IMG/VR virus record: IMGVR_UViG_3300045988_162176 | Span: 150,143 to 214,142 of that record | DNA from: a virus | Direction: 5' to 3' (one strand) | Length of the DNA: 64,000 bases | Shown here: positions 1-11,376 of the stretch, piece by piece | How positions within the stretch are numbered: the first letter of the stretch is position 1 | How the letters are laid out: each line of letters opens with the position of its first letter | Notes under the pieces: model-generated | Seen by the model: only the letters and a program-made list of their open reading frames with translations | What the model was told of the DNA's origin: nothing | The model's database searches: none | Made by a program: the position numbers and the translations under genes

Positions 1-428
1 AAGTTTTCACGCTGTCTCGTACCAGCCACAGCAGTAGCAATACCAGACTTTTGAACATCACTAAAGGATGTCCATTTTTCAGAAATATCATCAATGATAT
101 CATCAACATCTCTGAAATTATCAATAGAATCTCTAACACTAATACCAACAGCTTTTAATACCTGTTCAATTTCATTCAGGTTAGAGAAATCTTCTTGGGA
201 TAACCCCTCTTGTTCAGCTTCCTCTTGGGAAACTTCAAATTTTGTTGCGGCAATTTTTTGGAATCTTGAGTACAATGTCTTGAAGCTCTCACCAACAGTT
301 TCAGGTGTCTTCTGAGAAACTTCCGAAACTGTCGTAATCATTGCCATGTATCTATCCAAACTGGAACCCGCCAATTGCGCTGAGACGTTCGCACGACTCA
401 TTGCAGCAGCTAAGTCACCAGCACTAAT
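1..428 (-). CDS. Giant virion protein, exon 2 (partial, runs off the left edge): continuation of the TP901-type tape measure core
   Basis: Minus-strand translation reads ISAGDLAAAMSRANVSAQLAGSSLDRYMAMITTVSEVSQKTPETVGESFKTLYSRFQK..., a tape-measure core pattern. It is in frame with exon 1 once 429-753 is removed. It is absent from the ORF track because it has no start codon. Confidence 0.75.
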   Translation of the reverse strand, partial: MSAGDLAAAMSRANVSAQLAGSSLDRYMAMITTVSEVSQKTPETVGESFKTLYSRFQKIAATKFEVSQEEAEQEGLSQEDFSNLNEIEQVLKAVGISVRDSIDNFRDVDDIIDDISEKWTSFSDVQKSGIATAVAGTRQREN

Positions 429-753
429 CTGTTATGTTTAAATGATTCGCTAAATCATTCGAGAAAATTCTCCTCATACTTTCATATGAGCACTGACTAT
501 ATCTTCACCCTTATTATAAGGGGCGTACTTTTTCGGAAAATCAATCGCTTATTTCCCTACTCCTTTTTAGGATAGTCGATGGACATTATTCTATTCAAAT
601 CTTCGCTGCTGATTATCTAATCTTTATATTTTTTTAGCATTCACATTTAAGTTTATTTCATCTTTATGTTGTAGCATATAAAGCTCTAAAGATTTCCCAG
701 CAATTAAATACGTTTTCACTCACATATTACTATGTTTGCGACCTATTTTATTA
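429..753 (-). ncRNA. Group I-like intron A (no ORF) interrupting the giant gene
   Basis: Non-coding insert of 325 nt. It starts with in-frame TAA TAA straight after GCT (exon ends in T) and ends in ...AACAG before ATT AGT. It shares sequence blocks with the inserts at 19245-19604 and 26310-26681: GTTGTAG, TTCCAGCAATT, GCTGCTGATTA, TAGTCGxTGxAC. Confidence 0.6.
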
Positions 754-3700
754 AGCCGCCGCCATATCAACCGCAGTTAATTTATCAACAACTTCTCCCA
801 CTTCATCAACAGAAAGTTTCCAACCTTTAAGAACAGAAATTAAATATTCCGTAGCTTTGGCGGAATCAATCATACCAAGAACGCTAAGATTCATGGAATT
901 TTCAACAAGCTGAGAAGCTTCTTGTCCTTCGTAACCAGCACGAAGCCAATCGTTAGCTGCCGTGGCAACTTCTTCTGTACTCTTACCAACTTTACGAGCT
1001 AATGTATTAAAATCAAGCATCATGCTTTGAATCTCTTTATAGCTGTAACCACTTGCAATCTGCAAGTCAACCATTACTGCATTAAGAGACTTAGCACTAT
1101 TCATGATTTGATTAAACATATTTCTAACAGTCATTGCCAATTGATTAGCAATAACATCAATACTTACTAATCTTGCAAAACTGTTAGTAAACGTCTTTCC
1201 TATAGTTTCAAGAACACCTTTTTGCTCTCTATAAGTAGCATTAATTTTAGTAAGCTTAACTTGATGTTGAGCTTGCAAATTAGCTTCCTGTTGTTCGAGC
1301 TTATTAATGGCTTCTTGACTATAGCCCATTTCTTTAAGTTCTTTAACTCTTTCTGCATATACAGTACCCTATTGCTTTAACAAATTCAATTGTTCACTTA
1401 AAGCGGTACGAATATTTTCCTGCTCAAGTTTTTCATATCCTGAAGAATTACTGACTTTTAAATCTGTTCTTTGAATCTCTTCTTGCAACTTCATCTGTTG
1501 CTTAAGATTATTAAGATAATCCTTAATATCTTTATTACCTTGAGAATTTTGGAAACCTGTATTCCTGTTCATTCTATCAGTAATAAATTGAGGTCTATTA
1601 TTTAATTTTTCACCATTCTGATAGTAACCAGTGGTAGCAAATTGAGATTCAGCAAGAATTTTATCCTGTTGAATACCTTGTCCTTTAGAGCCTCTTTCAA
1701 GACCTTCGGCAACAGTTGCCATAGAAGCAGCTTTACCCTTAGTTGTTTCAACAAAAGATTGACCATCCTTTGTAAAGCTTCTAATAATTTGCACGAAAGA
1801 ACGAGCAAAAGCTTCAACACGAGCTTCACCATCTTCAATAATAGCAGAAATATCTCCCGCCCCAGAGTCTTTATCAAAGCCTTCGAATCCGAGTTCAGCA
1901 ACTCTTGTCTTCAAATCACTTGATAAACTATCAAAAGATTTACCTTCAGATTGAGCTTGCTTTAATTTTTCAACAACCTGACTGTATTCAGATTCAGCCA
2001 TCCTAAGATAAGTACTTGCTTGTAAAACACGAGCGGCACGCATCCGTGGGTCATCTTCTCCACCACTGTTAGAGAATTTCCAGTCTGCAACAGTTACATC
2101 TGCGTATTTACCATTAACTTTTTGACCAAAAGTCAAAGCATCCGCAGTACCAGCAAAAGCACGATTACCAATAACTCCACCAAGCTTAAGCTCTTTGAGT
2201 GTGGAACTATTTAACGCACCAGATGTTCTTGCAGCATTAACAACATCACGGGCTCTACCCTGTTGGCGTTGCAAATCTTCCGCTGTTACAGATAAACCAG
2301 CGCCTCCAAGTTGAGGCGATTTTCTAACTTCATCTATTAATTGCTCCATTAACTCATCAGTCATATTGTCGATGTTTTCAACAATAGCATGAGCAAATGT
2401 ACCCAACGCAGAAGCTTTATTACCAGATTGAGTAGTATTCGGGAATTTACTGTAATCTTCATAAGGCGCAGTTGTCACTTGAGTAACAGACCTAAGATTT
2501 CCGCCCTCAGAAGAATAAGTCTTATCACCGACCTTCATAGTTCTGGAATGACCTTCACCAAGTTCACTCACAACATCAGCCGCAATAAATTTAGCCCATT
2601 CGCCACTTGCGTCTTTCAAATTAGCCGCTTTATCAATAGAATTAGTCTGAGAAGCTGTTTGATTTGCTTGAGCAACAGGAGCATTTGCTTTTACTTCAGT
2701 AGCACCATTTACATCAATGTTACCAGTATTAACAATAACTTTACCATTCTGAGCATTAACAACAACATTACCCTTAGCATTAATAACAGAACCTTCAACA
2801 GTTTCTTCTGTGCCATCTTCAGAAACTCTTACCCATTCGCCATTGTCATTAAGATAAGTCTTATCTTTTCTTAATTCACCATTAAAGGTGCGATAAGGGT
2901 CTAATGCTTTAGAATAATTAGTGGCGTCCTTAAGAGAAAGACCCATTGGTTTAAGATAAGCTTCAAAACTATTAAACGCTTCAATAAGATTTTCCATGGT
3001 CGCGCCCTTAAAGGATGCAAATTTACCATTCTCATCAACGGTAGCAATTCCCATCTTTGTAAGAGCATCAATCTAAGCTTTATCTCCACTTGCAATTATT
3101 TGAGAAGCAACAGTTTCAAACTGCTTACCGTCCATTATACTGCCAAGAACATTAAGGTCTTTAGCAATACTTAAGAAGCCCTTTTGGTCATCAGTATCAG
3201 CAAAACGTCCTTCATGAATTGCACTAACCAAATCTTTAACAGCTAATAAAGCTTGGTCTTCACTCATTCCTTCTTTGCCGATTAATCTTGCGTAAATCTT
3301 TTTAGAAGAAATCGCATCCTGTTCAAAAGATTCCATGGTGGCTCTAATAATAGCAGATTGCACAGCAGAAGTTGCACCATTATTGTCGGCAAACCCTGTT
3401 TTGTACATAGCTTCTCTTGCTTTAGTGTCAGCATCAGAGAACAATCCGACGTTTTGGAATGCCATTTTAGCCTGTTCAGATGCATCTTTATTTATCCATT
3501 TCTTAGATAAATTTTTAGCAATCGTATTCCAGCTATCATCTATATCGACTTTTTTATTTTGAGCTTTTTGCTTTTGAATCTGATTCATAATACTTGCAAC
3601 AGTATCATTGTATTTTAAGATATAATCCTCTGCAAGTTTTTCATCTTCACCATATTGTTCATATACCTTAAGAGCCATGCGGAATTTATCACCGTCAAAG

Positions 3701-6700
3701 TCTCCTCGGAACAATTCAGCCAAACCAGCACTAACTCTAATTGTATCGCCAGCAGATTCGTCCAAACCAAGTCTTGCAGTATATCCTTCCATACCTTGAG
3801 TATAAGGATAACGACCCACTTCTGTAGTAAAAGTGTTATTGCCGCTCTTTATCTCACCAATAATAGCGCCAATAATTTCTTCTTCAAATTGATTTATTTC
3901 ATCTTCCGAAAGTTTATTGGTAAACTTTCCATCTTCAAACCGAGGTCTTAAAGACATCGAAGTAATAACTCTTTGTCCACTCTCTTTAATAGATTTTGCT
4001 CTTAAAGTAGAAAAGAGTCTGTTAATATTTTCAAGCCTGTCTTGTTTAGTAGCGGAAGATGTACTGCTCATTAATTCTCTTAAACGCTTAGAAGAAATAT
4101 AAACCGTATTAGCTTGTTCATCTGTTAAATCAGCCAACTTAGAAGTACCCGCCGCAACAGAGAAAGCAGAATAAGGTACATAATTATGAGTAGCTTGTTT
4201 TACCAACTCGGAATCTTTTGTATTGCCAAGTTTATGATAAACATCAGCCGCATATTGCTTTGCTTTCTCAAAAGCTTCTTGGGATTCTGTAGCAGCTTGC
4301 AGTAATGCAGAGTTAGCACTATCAATAGCGCCAGAATAATATTCTCCATCAGGAGACATTGCTGCACCAGCATCTCCAAGCAAATATTTCTTTCCACCAA
4401 TGGCAGAATCAGAAAGATTTAATACAATATTACCACGAGCATAAGCTTCACCTTCAGACCCTTCTAAAGCAGAAAGTTCTTTTTGAAGTTGACGTGCTCT
4501 TTCCATAGCGAAGTTTTGGTATTCCTCCGCACTTATCTTACCAGAATGTCTTAAAGCATTGATGTCAGTAAGAATATCAGAATAAACCTAATCACCAGCT
4601 TGAAGAACTACTTGACCATCTTGAACTCTAAATTCAACATCTTTTGTTCCTTTGGCAGTGGTATAATCTGTAACATTATTAAGAGATTTGTTAGCTGCAA
4701 TTAAATTCTTGCGAACTTTTTGAGCCTCCAAACCTTTTTTGCCATATGTATTATCTTGTTTTTCTTGTTGAGCTTTTAAGCTCTTCAAACCAGCAATAAC
4801 TTTTTCTCTATCTTTAAGATTACTTTGACCAGCAGCAGATTTAGTAATATAATCTAAACTTCTTTGTCTTGCATTTCTTACTTTCCAGTCATCAGTAACA
4901 CGTCCATCTCTTTCAAGTGTATTTGCACTACCATAACCAGAAGCATTAGAATAAGGATAAATATTGTGCTGTCCAATGCCAAGAGAAGCTAATCCTTTAA
5001 TAGAATCATATATTGCCTATGCTTCAAAAGCACTCTTACCAATCCGTTTAAAGATTGCCAATGCAGATTGTTCGATTCCCTTAAAAGAAGCTAACGTTTC
5101 CTCTGGATTAGCAAAAACATCTTCGCCTCGCTTGTTTGTAACAACACCATTTTTCTCATCGGTAATATCAACAAGTAATTTCTTTTCTTCTCCATTCTCT
5201 CCCGTTACAGTTTGAATTTCAAACATCTTCTAAAGGAGAGGAGGTAAATTACTATAAATGTTTTCAAGAGAAGAGCCTTGTTCCAAAGCCTTATCAATAA
5301 TGGTGTTTATTTGACCCATGAACTCAGAATAATAATTACGTTCTTTTACATCATCATTCAGCAAAGTCAAATAATCAGCATCAGCAATAGCATTCTTACC
5401 TCTTGCAGCCCAAAACTGTTTAACAAAATCAGCTTTACTTACTCCATGTTGTTTTTCTGCATCAGCAGTTAAACGTCTACCACCTTCATCAACAAGCTTT
5501 ACACCTTGTTCAACTTGTCTAAGTCTGTCAACCAGTAATTTCCAACCGTTATCAGTTTTCTCAAGACCAACCAGTAAATCCCCCTCATTTACAGAGAAAT
5601 CTTTAGAGAACATCTTAAACTGGTCTTTGCCAACTGTTTGATTAATATCAATAACTGAACCAGTTTGATAATCGCCAGAAGCAAGACTATCAATATCTAC
5701 ACCAAACTGATTTAAGAAATCTAAAACAATATCTTCAGTATTGGTAGCCTTAGACACATTCCTTTGAATACTTTCAGTTTCAGCAATAATCTTGTCTGTA
5801 ACTAAAGCAACATCGGTCATATCTTTCAACATAGAATCTATTCTATGTGTATAATCTTTATCGCTTTCACCAGCCATTTGAGGATTGAAAGATTGATAGT
5901 ACGCTCTTTCAGCTTCATCAAATTCTTTTTGAGTTAAACCATAACTCTTATATCTCTTATGTGTGATATCTGTTCTATCAATACCAGCATCCAAAGCTTG
6001 CTGAGTAGTAGTAACAACTTGACTCATGGCATCAGAAGATGCTTCTCTACTTGCAAGAGCTTTTTCAGATAATCTTAAAGTATCAAAAGCCTGAGATAAA
6101 CTTCTTTGAGTTGCGTCTATACCTTGACCAAAAGGAACATATTGTCTTGAAGATACGGTGTAATTTTTACCAAGAGCAAATTTACCCTCGGATTCACCAG
6201 TATAATCGCTTGGCATCGCCGCACCAATTTCTTTAGCCGCTTTTCTATAATATTTAAAAGCATCACTGGTCATAATGAATTTAACCAGTTCATCAGCTAT
6301 AGTATCTGGGTCTAAATTTTCTTTCATAGCCAACGCCCAAGCATTAGCCATAGCGTCAGTTAATTCTTTACTTGGGTCAAAAGCATTGTAATTTGCTTTA
6401 TACCCTTCGTTATTTCCTGTAAAATAGCCACTTAATGCCTCTTTAACATCTTTTTGATTAAGAGTAGACTGAATTTCTCTAGCGATACTATATTGAGTAG
6501 AACGCATAGCTTCTAATTCGGTTAATTTACCAGAATAGCGAGTATTAGAATCTTGAATGTCTTCTCTTGCTTCAGAACCCATCGTAACAGAAGATACTTT
6601 GTTAATAGCTCTGTTTGCCCCTGATTGCAAACGACGAGAAATTTGGTCGGAAGAATATTTAGTAAAATCTGTATTTCTTAAAATAGAAGTCGCATCTTTA

Positions 6701-8160
6701 ACCTGTAAAGTTTCTGCCGTTTCCATTACTTTGACACCCTTTACTTCAGGAGTGCCATCTTCTTTCAATTTTCCAGTGGGGATAAATTCTGTTGCAACTT
6801 CAGCTTGATTGATTCTACCACCAGCAATTCTACCAGTTTCATCACCAACTGCAAAAGATACTTTTATATTATTCTCTTTTTTCCAATCTGTTGATTTGTA
6901 TTCTTTATCTAAAGGAATAAGCATAGCCTGAATTTCAGAACCATTTCTTCTAAAATAAACAGAATAACCTTTCTTTTCTGCTTCTTCAACAAATGTTGCT
7001 AAGGCATCACGAGTAGTACCATATCCCTTATTACCGCCACCCGTAATATTAGATACATCTTGTCCAGCTCTACTTTTTTGTCTGTTCCTATATTCAGCAC
7101 CAGTTAATGAAGCTTTCGCTCCTTCGTTAAAGCCATTAATTAAAGCATCTAAACTCTTATAGACTTCAACAGAATGACCTTGAATATTTTCTTTGTCAGA
7201 AGCAAAAGTACCACCAAAAGATTCAATTTGCTATTTTGACAAAGCTCCAGAAATTCCACCAGAATTTTTAGCAATTAAATTAAAACTGCTTCTGTATTTT
7301 TCTGCCTCTTTTTTAGCTGTTTCTTCAGTAACATTCCTCTAAGTTTGAATAGATTTGGAAAGCTAATTAATTATAGCCTCCACTCCATCAAAAGTATCAA
7401 AATCTTTAGAAGAAATAGCTTTTACAAAATCAGCTTTAACCGCACTATTAACCATTGTTTTTGGAGTTGTTGGCATTTTAACTGTTTTGCTTTTTGTGGC
7501 TTTTGCAACAGTTGGCTTTTTTGTTCCTATGTTGGTAATCCCCTAATTCAAAGACAAACCAACATCTACAGCCATTTTTTGAACAGCAGTAGCTAATTTG
7601 GCTTCTTCTTTAGAAGTATCAATAGGCGTAAAACCAGATTTCTTTTCTTGAAGTCTTTTTACTCTATATATAAGCTCTTGACCTCTTTCTTGTGCCTTTT
7701 GTGTCAAAGCTTGATAAATAAATTCATAAGCTTTCCTTTGCTCGTCTACACTTCCTTGAAAATTTTCAGCTTGTTTTATCATATCAATAGCCATATCAGC
7801 TTGCTAATTGATATAATCAATACCCTGTTGTTCTAACTATTGATTCTTAGCATCATTTACAGCTATTTTCTTTTTGTTCTTGTTGTTTTGCCCTTGTCTA
7901 CTAGCTTTTAAAGTCTCCGTAGACTTTTTCATATTAGAAATTTGTTGCTCTCTTTGAGCATTCAACATATCAATAACATCGTTAGTTTGAGTGCCATTAT
8001 TAATTAGACGCTTAGTAGCTTCTTGGGCTTTCTTTGTATCTATAGCCTAACCAGTACTCTTACCTTTTTCATCCAAGCCATAAGTTTTTTTTATATCCGA
8101 ATATGCTTTAGCTTGAATATCTTCTATTCTCTATTCTAAACTTTTCAGTAAATCTTCCAT
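754..8160 (-). CDS. Giant virion protein, exon 1: N-terminal two-barrel RNAP-like region (DFDGD at 3688-3702) fused to a tape measure domain; 13 in-frame TAG
   Basis: ATG at 8158-8160 has GGAGG 8 nt upstream. ORF-track fragments 7543-7794, 5230-6924, 5017-5226, 4588-4788, 3073-4506, 1369-3054 and 751-1329 share one frame and are separated only by TAG. I checked every in-frame codon in the inter-fragment gaps (6925-7542, 7795-8160) and the short junctions at 5227-5229, 4789-5016, 4507-4587, 3055-3072 and 1330-1368, and found no TAA or TGA. The C-terminal part (1329 to 754) reads ...LNAVMVDLQIASGYSYKEIQ...VDKLTAVDMAAA, matching a TP901-type tape measure core. Confidence 0.8.
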
Positions 8161-8173
8161 GTATTATTCCTCC

Positions 8174-8824
8174 TTATTTTAATTGAATTCCATATTTTTT
8201 ATAAATCATTGGCTTCAATTCAACCAAATACTATTTTTCATATTCTTGTTGAGCTCTAAAACGAGCTACTCTATAGGTTTCATCTATAGAAGGTAACGTA
8301 CTTAAATCTATTCCTTGATTAATTGGATTAAAATTGTAATAATCCAATCTAACATCTGCAAGCACATCTTCTTGAGAATCTTCGTCCATTTTACCACCTG
8401 ATGATAAAAAATCCTAATCGTCATCCTAAAAAAACTAATCAATAAATAATCCAGCAGCTTCGTCTTCACTTCTGAAATTCTTTACCGTGGATTCTGATAC
8501 TGTATTTGGATTAAATTTTTTCTTTTCCCTATAGTTCTTATTGCTAAATTTGAACTTTGCCGTATTGTAGGTGCAATAAGGTGTAGCATCGCTATTTTGT
8601 CCAAAATACAAAGAAGACATTAAAGAATCTTCGTCATATAAATCTCCATAATAGTTATCAAATACACTTTTAAACACACTTTTATATATTGCTGTATAAC
8701 TATTTAACAATTCAATTTTAATTGCCATCACTCTACTTGGCAACATCTTTTTAGTTGCATCTACAGTTTCTTTTATTTCTTTTTTTAATGCATTTGAAAC
8801 TGCATTTGGTAACACTTGTTCCAT
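8174..8824 (-). CDS. Hypothetical protein; possible tail assembly chaperone by position only. 4 in-frame TAG
   Basis: AAGGAGG RBS and ATG at 8824. ORF 8435-8824 continues through TAGs to a TAA at 8174-8176, just upstream of the giant gene's RBS. Confidence 0.6.
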
Positions 8825-8893
8825 ATATTAACCTCCTTATTTTATTTTAAAAGCTGCACCAAAAAATGATGCAGCTTTATATTTCTTTTTATA

Positions 8894-9610
8894 TTAAGAT
8901 TCTTTACTTTCCAGCTCCTTAGCACCTTCAGTATTAATTTTATCAATAACTGCCTTTTCAAGTGCGTTGGTAAGTTTTTTATTTTCTTCTGAAGTAGCTC
9001 CATAAAGCTCTTTAAGATGTTCAACCATTTCCTTGCTTTCTTTAAGAGCATCAATCATCATTCTATTTTTATCAGCGACTTTCTGCAATTCCTTATAATC
9101 AAGATTTTCAAAAATATCACTAAAATTATTAAGATTGTTAAAATTAATAGCATCTCTTAACATCTCAACAAATTCATCATAATCCTTTTTGCAAAAACCT
9201 AAAATAAATTCAGAAAACAAAGGATACAACAAATCATAAGAAGTATAAGTACACAAAGATTTTTCAGAAACATCTACCATTGCATACTGTCCAAGCAATA
9301 CATCAAAGAACAAATGTCTCTTCATAATAATACTCTTAAGAGAAGCATCTTCAACATCTTCATTCTCAATAGTAAACACTAAAATCATAATGAGCTTCAT
9401 CTTATCAAGAATTGGGAGATAACTTCTAATCGTCATCTTATCTCCAAGCTGACCAAATTCTTCTGGGGTAATTTCACCGTCCAAGAACTTTTTCGTCTGT
9501 CGAATTAACTCAGAAACGGTAATTTTCTCAACTTTTTCCTCATTCTTCTGTTCATTTTCGGTCAATTTGACCTGTTTTTCACCAGATAAAAGTTTGTTTT
9601 CATCTGCCAT
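8894..9610 (-). CDS. Hypothetical protein; possible tail assembly chaperone by position only
   Basis: Intact 238-aa ORF with AAGGAG RBS and a TAA stop. Confidence 0.6.
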   Translation of the reverse strand: MADENKLLSGEKQVKLTENEQKNEEKVEKITVSELIRQTKKFLDGEITPEEFGQLGDKMTIRSYLPILDKMKLIMILVFTIENEDVEDASLKSIIMKRHLFFDVLLGQYAMVDVSEKSLCTYTSYDLLYPLFSEFILGFCKKDYDEFVEMLRDAINFNNLNNFSDIFENLDYKELQKVADKNRMMIDALKESKEMVEHLKELYGATSEENKKLTNALEKAVIDKINTEGAKELESKES

Positions 9611-9625
9611 TTTTATTCTCTCCTT

Positions 9626-11125
9626 TTAATCCTTTTCCTTCTTTATTGGAAATTTACTTTTATTTTTAGGCTGTGATGGGTCATAACCTAAAATCGAATA
9701 ATCTATTTCTTCTCCATTTTCGAGAAGATTTTTCAGCTATATTAAATCTGTCTAGGACAAATCTCGCATCGGAATTATTTTGTAGCGATTTTGGAAAATA
9801 CGATAATCTGAAAAAACAGAGGGATTATATTTTTCCCGCATTACTTTCTTCGCTAATTCTGACCTACTATGCCAACTCCACAAATACTATTCCTAAATTA
9901 AATCGTATAAGACAATAGGCACTTCTGGTACTGCACAACTTGCACAAGGTTGTCCATGATTTATTTCAAAAAAGACGTTTTCCTTGCCATCTACATAGTA
10001 ATAAAAGAATAAAGTTATTGGACACTTTGGCTCAAGTCTTTCTTTCTTCTCATATGACCATAAATGATTTAATCGGTACAAGCTGTTATTTTTTATAGCT
10101 TCGTTTATAGTAGAAGTTTCTACCCCATATTCAACTGCTACAGCTCTATGATTTTCCCATTCTCTCTAATATTCTCCATTTAAGGAGTATTGATAAACAG
10201 GAGGCAAATCCTTATCCTTTTTTACTACTGGATAATCAAAGAAAGTAATATCTTTTGTAAGATGTTTCCAATTTCTTTTGTTCTTTATATCATGAATGGC
10301 AGCTTTGTCCACCCCATATTTTTTAGCAAGAAGAGGAATAGAAGTCCCTATTTTTAATTCTTCAATAATTTCTTTTACCTGAACTAAAGTTAATTTCGAA
10401 GAAGTACTATTTTCTCCTCTTGAGGATGTATCTCTTTCTTTTATATCACATTTTTCTCTAATTTTACTAAGCATGTACCGTTTATAAAAACGTAACGTTG
10501 TTCCCTTTTTTACCCCAACTTTGGCATCTATATCAATACAGCGCATTGGAGTGTTTAATAATTCAATTATTTCTTTTAGCTATTCTACTGTAATATTAGT
10601 ACGTTTTTCTAAAGTGTTCCATGTTACATCATTAAATCCTCCGTGGGCATGGTCAGCTTGATTAAAACCTGTATTTTTTCCTCTAGCCCCCAAAGTGTCA
10701 ATATAATACTGCTCTCTTTTTTCAATATAAGATTTATTTTCGGCTATGCTTATTTCTGGTTGCCATTTATAAAATTCAATAATCTAAAAATCAAAATTGT
10801 TTAATCCATGCTTATTATAACAACGTTGCAAATGTGAATTAAAATGAATTCCTTTTTTTAAATCGTTTAAATGACGTTTTAGCCTTCTAATTAACCGACC
10901 ATTGCTTCCAGTTGACCCAACGTATATTCTATTATCAGTCAAATCTGTAATTTTATATACCCCTTTAGCTTCTCTGTATATCTTAGCTAATTGTCTTGTT
11001 TCATCCTTTTTAGAAACAGAAGTAAAATCTTCTCTGATTATTTTATTCAAATGTTTGTTTAGTTCATTTAAATCATAATCTTCAAAATATTCTAAATCGT
11101 ATTTAATTGAATTACTATTATCCAT
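9626..11125 (-). CDS. Free-standing GIY-YIG homing endonuclease with C-terminal helix-turn-helix-like regions; about 7 in-frame TAG
   Basis: GVYKITDLTDNRIYVGST is the GIY...YIG motif. The domain continues across a TAG (NNFDF*IIEFYKW...REQYYI). Fragments 10784-11125, 10166-10546 and 9893-10081 share a frame, and the frame ends in TAA at 9626, just before the next gene's RBS. Confidence 0.7.
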
Positions 11126-11146
11126 CGTTTCAAATCTCCTTTATTT

Positions 11147-11341
11147 TCAAATCTTATTATTATTATTATTATTATTATTATTCTTCCAAATAGATAAAGC
11201 TTTTCTCACTGCGTTGGTATTATCAAAACGAACATATAAATCACCCATCTTGCCTAAACCAATGTCAAAAGAAAAATCTTGTGTCTCTTTAATAATAAAT
11301 TTTGCTTGGGCGATATTGTAAATGTAATAACTATCGTTCAC
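11147..11341 (-). CDS. Small hypothetical protein with a C-terminal poly-Asn run
   Basis: GTG start with AAGGAG RBS and a TGA stop. Confidence 0.5.
   Translation of the reverse strand: MNDSYYIYNIAQAKFIIKETQDFSFDIGLGKMGDLYVRFDNTNAVRKALSIWKNNNNNNNNNKI
11154..11182. repeat. Trinucleotide microsatellite, (TTA)9 on plus, equal to (AAT)9 codons on minus
   Basis: Nine uninterrupted TTA units counted in the sequence. They encode the N9 run. Confidence 0.9.
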
Positions 11342-11376
11342 TTTTCAAATCTCCTTTTAATTCTTTAAATGTTATT

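Noticed and set aside
2389-2874. Plus-strand ORFs antisense to the minus-strand genes, e.g. 2389-2874, 17962-18591, 24631-25302, 27320-27865, 28367-29149, 43761-44507, 44688-45248, 52732-53160
   Set aside because: They give low-complexity, Ser/Ile/Phe/Leu-rich translations. They have no SD sites and lie opposite well-supported minus-strand genes. They look like shadow ORFs of AT-rich coding DNA.
751-8160. Treating the TAG-delimited pieces of the giant ORF (and of the portal, terminase and others) as separate genes or pseudogene fragments
   Set aside because: None of the internal pieces has an SD site, whereas nearly every gene start I accepted does. All breaks are TAG and never TAA or TGA. 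Conserved domains cross the breaks. Partial termination at some TAGs cannot be excluded from sequence alone.
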